From an uncultured Haloferula sp. (GTDB lineage Bacteria; Verrucomicrobiota; Verrucomicrobiia; Verrucomicrobiales; Akkermansiaceae): a stretch of 64,000 bases of DNA. How positions within the stretch are numbered: the first letter of the stretch is position 1; each line of letters opens with the position of its first letter. The stretch spans positions 160,001 through 224,000 of the forward strand of contig CBFGTS010000003.1 of NCBI GenBank assembly GCA_965652295.1, given 5' to 3'. The position numbers and the translations under genes were made by a program. Shown here in pieces: positions 1 to 7,590 of this stretch. The notes below the pieces were generated by a model. It searched no databases, was not told the DNA's origin, and saw only the letters and a list, made by a program, of their open reading frames with translations.

Positions 1-2
1 TC

Positions 3-287
3 CTGGTCGACCGCCTGTGGCCGCGCGGCGTTTCAAAGGAGGATGCCGCGATCGACGACTGGCCGAAGGAAATCGCCCCCAGTGCCGAGCTGCGGAAATG
101 GTTCGGCCACGACCCGGAAAAGTGGGGCGAATTCCGCAAGCGCTACCGCAAGGAACTCCAGGACCACGCCGACGAGCTGGGGCGGATCCGCGATCACGCC
201 CGCCACGGCACCGTCACCCTAGTTTACGCCGCCAAGGACGAGGAGCACAACCAAGCCGTCGTACTCAAGGACGTGCTCGAAGCCTGA
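3..287 (+). CDS. DUF488/YeaO family protein (5' truncated by window)
   Basis: Manual translation: LVDRLWPRGVSKEDAAIDDWPKEIAPSAELRKWFGHDPEKWGEFRKRY...VTLVYAAKDEEHNQAVVLK; stop TGA 285-287. Confidence 0.85.
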   Translation: MVDRLWPRGVSKEDAAIDDWPKEIAPSAELRKWFGHDPEKWGEFRKRYRKELQDHADELGRIRDHARHGTVTLVYAAKDEEHNQAVVLKDVLEA

Positions 288-294
288 AGCGGTT

Positions 295-615
295 TCAGAC
301 TCCGTCCTCCTCGTCGAGCCGGCGGATCGCTCCGAGCAACTCGACCAGCCGCCGTCCCTTGCCGGTGAGCGAATACTCAGTCCGCAGCGGCACCTCGGGA
401 AAGACCTTCTTGGTCAGCAATCCGTAGGCGCTCAATTTCCTCAGCCGTTCCGCGAGTACCTTCTTCGAGATCCCCTCGATCTCCCGCTCCAGCGCACCCG
501 GGCGGTTGACGCCGAGTTCCACGCAACGCAATACCGAGACCGACCACTTGCAGCCGATCACCTGTTCAAGACAGCGGTAGTTCCGCTCCCGGGCCTTGGA
601 GATTTTTTTCTCCAT
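295..615 (-). CDS. HxlR-family winged-helix regulator
   Basis: IGCKWSVSVL...GISKKVLAERLRKL...VPLRTEYSLT signature. Confidence 0.85.
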   Translation of the reverse strand: MEKKISKARERNYRCLEQVIGCKWSVSVLRCVELGVNRPGALEREIEGISKKVLAERLRKLSAYGLLTKKVFPEVPLRTEYSLTGKGRRLVELLGAIRRLDEEDGV

Positions 616-648
616 GATCCTGCGCGATTTCTACCGATTGGTGCCCGA

Positions 649-664
649 GGCACCGAAAAGTGCC
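649..664. promoter_or_regulatory. Putative HxlR-type operator
   Basis: Palindrome GGCAC-CGAAAA-GTGCC between the HxlR gene and the divergent CxxC protein. Confidence 0.45.
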
Positions 665-746
665 CGGTTTTCACCTCAGGCAGGACGCGTGATGTTCCGT
701 CGTGCCTGAAGCAATCGAGCACAACCAATCCACAACCAATACCGAC

Positions 747-980
747 ATGAAACAAGCCACATTCTACCACGCCGGATGCCCCGTCTGCGTCGAAGCCGAA
801 CAAACCATCGCCGGAGCGCTCGATCCGAACCGCTATCAGCTCGAGGTCGTGTACCTCGGCAGCGACAAGTCCCGCCTCGCCGAAGCCGAAGCCGCCGGCG
901 TGAAATCCGTCCCCGCCCTGGTCCTCGACGGCACCGCGCTCCACATCAATCACGGGGCCGACCTCGCCGCCCTGAAGTAA
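747..980 (+). CDS. Small thioredoxin/glutaredoxin-like protein
   Basis: MKQATFYHAGCPVC...GVKSVPALVLDG: CxxC plus cis-Pro motif. Confidence 0.75.
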   Translation: MKQATFYHAGCPVCVEAEQTIAGALDPNRYQLEVVYLGSDKSRLAEAEAAGVKSVPALVLDGTALHINHGADLAALK

Positions 981-1046
981 TCCCTCCGCCGCCTGCCGCG
1001 CCAAGGCAGGCGGCTACCCTTCTCCCCAAGGGACGGAAATTCTCCG

Positions 1047-1745
1047 TCACTTCCGCACACCGGGCTGTCCGCCACAACACGCGCTGGCGGTCACCGGCAG
1101 GCAAGCGCCGTCGTCGGGAGCGGGATCCGTCTTTCCCTGAGAGGGCAGCGACAGCGATTCGCCCGGAGCCTCCGCGACCGAATTGATGACTCCAGGAAAC
1201 TTACCCACTGGAAACACCCCCGCCTGCACGGTCCGCAGGTCCTCCAGCGTCACGAACAACGACGGATCAAACCTCCGCAGAACCGCCATCAGTCCCCGCA
1301 CCTTCGAGCGGGCCACGGCCACCAGCACCACTTCAACCCGTCCCCGTCCGCCATTGCCTGGCACCGCGGTGACCGCGTATTGGTGCTCGCGCAACAACCC
1401 GACCAGCTCGTCCGGATTCTGATGGCAAAAGATCCGGACCAACTGGTGGCCCAGCGCCAGCTTTTCCTCCAGCGCCATACCGCAGTAGGTTCCCGCCGCG
1501 AATCCCGTCGCCCAGGCAAACGCATAGGCGAGATTGTCGAGGTTGCTCATGATCTGCGTCATTGCCAGAAGCCACACCGTCACCTCCACGAAAGCCAGCA
1601 ACGGCACAATTCGCTTCGCACCACGGGTGATCAGGATATGCCGCATCGTAGCCAGCGTCACGTCGATCAACCGCGCCACAAAGATCAGCACGGGAATCAC
1701 CACCCACGCGATCATATCATTTGTATCCATAATTGCAGCCATCAT
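1047..1745 (-). CDS. DUF2179/UPF0316-type membrane protein
   Basis: LIFVARLIDVTLATMR, GFAAGTYCGMALEEKLALG, C-terminal PII-like domain. Confidence 0.75.
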   Translation of the reverse strand: MMAAIMDTNDMIAWVVIPVLIFVARLIDVTLATMRHILITRGAKRIVPLLAFVEVTVWLLAMTQIMSNLDNLAYAFAWATGFAAGTYCGMALEEKLALGHQLVRIFCHQNPDELVGLLREHQYAVTAVPGNGGRGRVEVVLVAVARSKVRGLMAVLRRFDPSLFVTLEDLRTVQAGVFPVGKFPGVINSVAEAPGESLSLPSQGKTDPAPDDGACLPVTASACCGGQPGVRK

Positions 1746-1790
1746 ATCATCTCGGAAAATGCATAAGCTCAGCGAGATCGCCGGAACGAT

Positions 1791-2312
1791 TTATCTTGGG
1801 TTCAGCGTATGACACGAGAACGCGGCCGGCGCCGCGTCTCGGAAACAGCGTCGTCCTCTGGAACCCGACGATTGTTGTCGATCGGCGAAAGCAAACCCCG
1901 TCCCACCGGCGTCGTCGATCACATGCTCCGTCCCGCCGAACTTGCACACCGATATCACCCGCGCCCATCTGGCCAGCCAGATTCTCTCGCCGCAGCTCCG
2001 TCCCAGCAGCTCCAACGCGGCGGGCGCGAGAACGGACAGCTGGTTTTTTCCGTCACAATCGAATATGTTCGCCGGAGCGATCCGGATCTGGCGGAAATGT
2101 CCGGAGCCGGAAGGCTCCTCGAGAATCACATGGTCGAGCACTCCGACCCGGTCGGCCAACAGTTTCCTGTTGGAGGTCAGGTGCACGGACGAAAGGAAGC
2201 GGTGGAGCGCGCTCCGGATTGATCGGTCAAGCGCGCCGCGAGCTGCGGCAAGGTCGATTTCACGGTAGAGGAGGCGTACGTCCGCCTCACCCAGCAAAGG
2301 GATTCGTTTCAT
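1791..2312 (-). CDS. Divergent Rnk/GreA C-terminal-like protein
   Basis: QLSVLAPAALELLGRSCGE resembles the GreA/Rnk 'ISVLAPxGxALLG' motif. Confidence 0.4.
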   Translation of the reverse strand: MKRIPLLGEADVRLLYREIDLAAARGALDRSIRSALHRFLSSVHLTSNRKLLADRVGVLDHVILEEPSGSGHFRQIRIAPANIFDCDGKNQLSVLAPAALELLGRSCGERIWLARWARVISVCKFGGTEHVIDDAGGTGFAFADRQQSSGSRGRRCFRDAAPAAFSCHTLNPR

Positions 2313-3082
2313 TGGATTGGTCAGAGAGTCGATGTGGCGGCGTTTCAGCAGTCCACCACGAGAAAAACGGGGAACCGGGGACGCCGACGGCCTGTTGGCC
2401 GAGTCAGATCAGGCGTCCCACATGACCCCGGAAGGCCGCCTGCCGACGCCCGGGCGGGCGCGGAAGCACTCTCTTTCGATCCGTTGAAGACATGGCTTGC
2501 CGTCAGTTACTCCGCTTCGGCGCAAAGTCAAATCCGCAAAGTTTTGTGACCGCCTCGCTGCCCAATCACCGCATGCCATCCGGGCTTTCGATGGTTCCGT
2601 CAATTCCGATTGGCGGGACGGACGACAGCAGGAAGCGCTTCCGTGCGTCTGGCTTGGCGACCTTGGCGGTGAAAGGTCCACTTGGTTTGGGCGTTCGCCG
2701 CCAACCTCTCCCGAGAGAGGGGTCCCGTTCGGACTGGCAATCCGCTCCAATCGCCTGTTTCTCCGGAACTCGCAGTCCCAAAATGGAACTACTTTGGCAG
2801 CCCGAAAAAGTCTCGGAACAATCTCCTTGCTATTTCAACGCGGCAAACGACTCTCTTGGACTTTGATGCACCTTTCACACACCAGACCATTCTCTACGGG
2901 ACTTCGTTGGTTGACGAAGCCTTCCCAGGGTTGGTGTGCGCACCGACTCTCGGCCTTTCGGTCATAGGCGGGCGATCTCACGAAGTGGTCTTCTGACCCG
3001 GGATCGCCCGAGGTCGAATTTGTTTTTACCACTTCATGCCCTTCCCGTCGGAAGCGGCACCAACCTGTTTTTGAATCAAGCC

Positions 3083-3493
3083 ATGAAAAGTATCATTCGT
3101 TTGTCTCGGGAAGACCACGCCTGTCTTCGGGATCTTGTCCAAGGCGAACAGCCGGGCGGCCGGCTCAATGCCGACCAAACCCTCAATCTCAAGGCCGTGT
3201 TGAATGTCGCCGAAACCGGCGACAGCCCCGCGCAACTCATCGACCATGTAGGCCTCGAGGACCGCATCACCCTGGTATCGCCAACCGATCCGGACGATGT
3301 CTTCGTCTTGAGCATCGTGCTTCCTTCCGAGGAAGACATTGATTCCGACCGAATTGGAATCGGAAAGCCGGTCGCGCTGGCCTGTCTCGGTCGCCGCCAG
3401 AACGAACTCGTCACTTGGATCGGACCTCAGGGCATCCGTGCCATGAAGATCGTTGAAATCGACAAGGCGGTCGCACCCGCGGCCCTGCTTTGA
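3083..3493 (+). CDS. Rnk/GreA-GreB C-terminal domain protein
   Basis: IVLPSEEDIDSDRIGIGKPVALACLGRRQNELVTWIGPQGIRAMKIVEI. Confidence 0.65.
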   Translation: MKSIIRLSREDHACLRDLVQGEQPGGRLNADQTLNLKAVLNVAETGDSPAQLIDHVGLEDRITLVSPTDPDDVFVLSIVLPSEEDIDSDRIGIGKPVALACLGRRQNELVTWIGPQGIRAMKIVEIDKAVAPAALL

Positions 3494-3631
3494 GGCAAGA
3501 GAGGCACCGCTGCGATCGCTTCCGGGATCCGCAGCGGTGCCGGATCCCGGCTCACGCGATGAAACGTTTGGCCGTCTTCCGTCTCGGACCGAGCGGATAC
3601 AGCCCCAGGCAGGGTCCCGTCGCTTCCGGCT

Positions 3632-4321
3632 TCATCCCTCGAGCCGACGTCGGTGGTCCTCGTCACCGTGATCAGAATCGGCCTTCCGCGCAAAAGCCCG
3701 GCGCCAGCCTTCGGCCAGTTCCGGTAATTCCGCCAGCTCCCGCGCCAATTCCGGATCAATCCTGGGCGCGAAACGCGCGCCGGTAACTTGGCGCACCGTC
3801 CAGCGAGGATGGCGGCGTTCGACCAGCCGCAGTCGTTCACCCTCCGCGACCTGACCCGGCGTGAGCACCCGATAATACCATCCCGTGCGCAGGCTTTCCT
3901 GCATCCGCCGCGCCATGTCGCCGACGCCTGTGTGGGCGTTTAGCTTCCAACACGGCTGTCGACCTTGGCTCACCTGCACCCGCGCACCACCCAGCTCAAG
4001 GATGTCGCCGATGCACAGGTCGATCTCGGTCACGCCCGAGGTCGACAGGTTCTCCCCGAAATGTCCGGGACCGAAGCGGACTGCAACGGTACCCAACTCG
4101 GCCCGCCACCACAGATAGTGGTCGGTCGGATAATGATGCAGCGCCTTGTCCGGCCCACCATGCACGGCGAGATCCGCCTGTTCGTCCCCTACGATACCCG
4201 TCGTAGAAATCTCAACCCCTCCGGACAAACGTGTTTTGCCGATCGCCGATGGAGGCCGCCCTGACCAGCGCGTTAGGCTTCGACCGGCGAACAGCCCCCT
4301 GACTTCGACTTCAAACATCAT
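3632..4321 (-). CDS. MOSC domain protein (YiiM-like)
   Basis: GDEQADLAVHGGPDKALHHY, FGENL, QVSQGRQPCWKL, TGWYYRVL. Confidence 0.9.
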   Translation of the reverse strand: MMFEVEVRGLFAGRSLTRWSGRPPSAIGKTRLSGGVEISTTGIVGDEQADLAVHGGPDKALHHYPTDHYLWWRAELGTVAVRFGPGHFGENLSTSGVTEIDLCIGDILELGGARVQVSQGRQPCWKLNAHTGVGDMARRMQESLRTGWYYRVLTPGQVAEGERLRLVERRHPRWTVRQVTGARFAPRIDPELARELAELPELAEGWRRAFARKADSDHGDEDHRRRLEG

Positions 4322-4439
4322 GGGACGATTCTAGCTACAGCAACCCCGACGGACAATCCTCACGCGGTCTCCAACGGACCCCGGGGCCTCTTTGTTTTCC
4401 TCTCTTGTTCACCTTGCCGATACCCACTAAGCGCTGGGC

Positions 4440-5489
4440 ATGTTCAGCGGATGCTCAAGCATTCCAGGTGCCCCGTCGAACACCTCCGCACTGGTGCGCT
4501 GGCTGCTCGGTGTCGCGACGCTGGTATTCCTGATGGTCGTGGTCGGCGGCATCACCCGCATCACCGAGTCGGGTCTTTCCATCACCGAGTGGAAGCCCAT
4601 CACGGGCGCCGTGCCGCCGCTCAGCGAGCAGGCCTGGCTGACGGAGTTCGAGAAATACCAGCGGATCCCCGAGTACCAGGAGATCAGCGGACCGATGGGC
4701 ATGACGCTGGCGGACTTCAAGTTCATCTACTTCTGGGAATGGGTGCATCGCCTGCTCGGCCGTCTCATCGGCCTGGCATTCGCTCTTCCTCTGCTTTGGT
4801 TCTGGGCACAGAAGCGCATCCCTCGAGGATTCAAATTTCGTCTGTTGATCCTTCTCACCCTCGGTGGGCTCCAAGGCGTCGCCGGCTGGTGGATGGTTGC
4901 CTCCGGCCTCACCGAGCGCACCGACGTTAGCCACTACCGTCTCGCCGTCCACCTGCTACTCGCCCTGGCGATCCTGGGAGGGCTGGTTTGGACCGCGCTC
5001 GATCTCCAAATGCTGGCGAAAAGATGGGCCAAGCCCGCCCGGCTGACGGGGTTCGGAGTCACGGTACTGGCCATCCTCTCCATCGAGCTCCTGCTCGGCG
5101 CCTTCACCGCCGGACTCAACGCAGGCTACGTCTCGAACACCTGGCCGCTGATGTACGGGCACTTCTTTCCCCCCGGCATCGAGTGGTCGCTGGAAACCCT
5201 CAAAACCTTTCCGGACCACCCGGTCCTCATCCACTTCCTCCACCGCTGGTGGGCCTGGGTGGTGGTGATCGCGCTCACTGTGCTCGCTCGCCGCGTGCGC
5301 AAGGACCACCGCAAGGCTTCGGTCGCGCTCCACACCGCCTTCGGCACGCAGATCGTCCTCGGCATTGCCACGGTCATGACCACGGTGAACCTCACTCTCG
5401 CGGTCCTGCACCAGGCGGTTGGCGCGCTGGTCGTGATAATCACCGTCTGGTGCGTGCACCTGGCGGGCCGCAGCGCGAACGGCCGATGA
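4440..5489 (+). CDS. ctaA: Heme A synthase (COX15/CtaA, type 2)
   Basis: GGITRITESGLSITEWKP, EWVHRLLGRLIG, GWWMVASGL, HFLHRW, LHQAVG. Confidence 0.9.
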   Translation: MFSGCSSIPGAPSNTSALVRWLLGVATLVFLMVVVGGITRITESGLSITEWKPITGAVPPLSEQAWLTEFEKYQRIPEYQEISGPMGMTLADFKFIYFWEWVHRLLGRLIGLAFALPLLWFWAQKRIPRGFKFRLLILLTLGGLQGVAGWWMVASGLTERTDVSHYRLAVHLLLALAILGGLVWTALDLQMLAKRWAKPARLTGFGVTVLAILSIELLLGAFTAGLNAGYVSNTWPLMYGHFFPPGIEWSLETLKTFPDHPVLIHFLHRWWAWVVVIALTVLARRVRKDHRKASVALHTAFGTQIVLGIATVMTTVNLTLAVLHQAVGALVVIITVWCVHLAGRSANGR

Positions 5490-5498
5490 GCTCTCGTT

Positions 5499-5960
5499 TC
5501 AGCGTCCCACCCCGTCCCGATACGCCGCGTAGCGCGCCCGCTTTTCGGGTGTGAGTCTGGCGGGATCCAGGCGGTCGTCGGGGATTGCGTTGATCTTCGA
5601 GTGAATCACGTTAGCCATGTCCTCGGCGCAGCGCTTGATATGTTCCGCGTTCTCGCCGGAAAACAGCTCGTCCACCGTTTCGCGGAACAACTCGAGCCAG
5701 CGGTCGAATTGCTCGCGGCCCATCGTTGTCAGAGGAACCAGGCGGGCGTGCTTGCCGATCGGGTCGCCACGGAAGCCGCCGTCGCGGAAAAGCACGGTCT
5801 GCCAGAAGGCATACATTTTCGGCAGGTGCGCGTCCCAGTCGATGGCCGCCACTTCGTCGAAGATGAAGCCGAGAGTGTCGTCGCTACGAACTTTATAGTA
5901 GAAGGTGTCCACCAACCGCACGATCTCGTCGCGGCCCAGGATGTCGGTTTTTTCGCTCAT
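5499..5960 (-). CDS. Group III truncated haemoglobin
   Basis: IVRLVDTFYYKVRSDDTLGFIF...DWDAHLPKMYAFW...FDRWLELF; ATG at 5960. Confidence 0.85.
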   Translation of the reverse strand: MSEKTDILGRDEIVRLVDTFYYKVRSDDTLGFIFDEVAAIDWDAHLPKMYAFWQTVLFRDGGFRGDPIGKHARLVPLTTMGREQFDRWLELFRETVDELFSGENAEHIKRCAEDMANVIHSKINAIPDDRLDPARLTPEKRARYAAYRDGVGR

Positions 5961-6268
5961 GAGAAGTCGTGCTCGATGCGGACGATGCGGAACAATCCGC
6001 CCGGCAGCGGCATCAGGGTGTCCCACCAGGTTTTCCCCTCGTGGCGGTAGCGGAGCTGGAGACCGCGCACGGAGCGGGACACGAGCAGCCGGAAGGCCTC
6101 GTCGAGTTGCAGCGGCTCGAGGTTTTCGGCGACGTATCCCGGCGCGTGTTTGGGGATGATCTCGATGATCTCGGTGTGGGTGCCAACGTCGGTGAAGAGC
6201 TGGCGCAGCGTGGCCTCGTCCACTTCGGACTGGTGCAGGTCGGGCAAGGGCGGGGATTCGTCGGACAT
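5957..6268 (-). CDS. Hypothetical protein in nap operon
   Basis: Coupled to both neighbours (4-nt overlap, 2-nt gap); natural-looking composition. Confidence 0.6.
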   Translation of the reverse strand: MSDESPPLPDLHQSEVDEATLRQLFTDVGTHTEIIEIIPKHAPGYVAENLEPLQLDEAFRLLVSRSVRGLQLRYRHEGKTWWDTLMPLPGGLFRIVRIEHDFS

Positions 6269-6270
6269 GG

Positions 6271-6624
6271 TCAGGCGGGGCGGGTTTCATCGACGGTCCG
6301 CCCGATCATCCCGCCACGGGCCTTTCGTGTGACCAGGAAGACGGCGTTCTTCGGCGCGGGGCAGACGTCGTGGCAGGCGCGGCAGCCGGTGCATTTCTCC
6401 GGATCGACTCGCGGCTTTCCCTGCTCGATGACGATCGCGCCGGGCTCGGGGCAGCGCTCGGAACACACGGAACAGAAGCTGCCCTGCCAGGCAAGGCAGA
6501 AGCGGTCGAGGATGAGGGCGAGTTCATCGCCGCCCGTCTTTGCGACCGGCGGCGGCTGGGAAATTTTTTCGCGACCACGGCCAAGCAGCACGCGGAACAT
6601 GTCACGACGGCTGACTCCGCTCAT
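6271..6624 (-). CDS. NapF-like 4Fe-4S ferredoxin
   Basis: SRRDMF twin-Arg-like start; CSVCSERCP and CTGCRACHDVCP. Confidence 0.7.
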   Translation of the reverse strand: MSGVSRRDMFRVLLGRGREKISQPPPVAKTGGDELALILDRFCLAWQGSFCSVCSERCPEPGAIVIEQGKPRVDPEKCTGCRACHDVCPAPKNAVFLVTRKARGGMIGRTVDETRPA

Positions 6625-7427
6625 GGCTCGGCGACGGGCGGGTGGTTCGGGATGCGCTCGCGATTGTCGAAGCCGGCATCCGGCGCGTGGCACTGCAAGC
6701 AGTTCTGGCGGTCCGGATGGCTGCTGCGAATCGCGTTCGGCCGGGTCGGCCCGTGGCAACTCATGCAGTTCTGCCGCATGAAAATCTGGTGCGGAACGGT
6801 CGGCGGCGCGCCGGGATAAGCGCGACTCCCCGGTCCGGGAGTCTCCAAGCCCATGAAGGCGGAGGCGACGACCAAGTGCTCCTCGTCGGTCAGCCGTCGC
6901 AAGCCGTCAGCCGGCACGTGGCACTGCGTGCAGCTCGTGTAGTAGGGATGACTCAAGGCGGATGGGCGACGACCCGCGATCACCATCGTGGCGTCCGTGT
7001 CGTGGCAGGCCATGCACGAGGCCGAGCTGAGCTGGTCGATCTCGTGCGGCACCGTCGGCGGCGCGCCATTGAAGGCACGGCGGGTGGCTCGTGCCGCGAG
7101 GACTGCGGCAAGCTCTTCTGCGGTGAGAGTCGCTCCGGGTTCACGCTCGTTTCCCACCTGCGGCAGGTTTTCGAGGGTGAAAAACCAGTGCTCGTTGGCG
7201 AGCCAGCCGGTCTCCGGGATTTCCCCGTACTTCGGTGCCGGCGGCAGGCCGGTGGCAGGGGACGGCGGATCGATCGGATACTCCATCTCCGGCGGTTTCG
7301 TATCGGCCGCCGTCTGGCGGATGCCGACAAAAACGCCCGAGACCGCAGCAATGCCGACGCCCAGCAGGATCACCGCGAGCGTCCGCCGGTGCTGCTGGAA
7401 GTAGGCCTCGATGTCGTGCGTGTCCAT
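6621..7427 (-). CDS. napB: NapB-family cytochrome c with duplicated domain (4 CxxCH)
   Basis: Two APPTVPH motifs; CMACH, CTQCH, CMSCH, CLQCH; N-terminal TM segment; downstream of napA. Confidence 0.8.
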   Translation of the reverse strand: MDTHDIEAYFQQHRRTLAVILLGVGIAAVSGVFVGIRQTAADTKPPEMEYPIDPPSPATGLPPAPKYGEIPETGWLANEHWFFTLENLPQVGNEREPGATLTAEELAAVLAARATRRAFNGAPPTVPHEIDQLSSASCMACHDTDATMVIAGRRPSALSHPYYTSCTQCHVPADGLRRLTDEEHLVVASAFMGLETPGPGSRAYPGAPPTVPHQIFMRQNCMSCHGPTRPNAIRSSHPDRQNCLQCHAPDAGFDNRERIPNHPPVAEP

Positions 7428-7440
7428 GACTGCAAATCCT

Positions 7441-7582
7441 AACCCCGAATGAACGCGAATGGGCTCGAATGGGGATGACGGTTTGTGGATCTCGTGGATT
7501 CTCTTGAGTAGCTTGCCACGCGAAGGTGGCGAACGACCGGGGTTTCAAAAAAATTCACGTCCATTGGCGTCCATTCGCGGTT
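7441..7582. repeat. Palindromic REP/MITE-like element
   Basis: Left end AACCCCGAAT GAACGCGAAT GGGCTCGAAT; reverse complement of right end AACCGCGAAT GGACGCCAAT GGACGTGAAT. Confidence 0.6.
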
Positions 7583-7590
7583 GATGCTCC

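Noticed and set aside
2313..3082. ORFs or riboswitch in the long spacer
   Set aside because: No coherent protein or recognisable RNA motif found by eye
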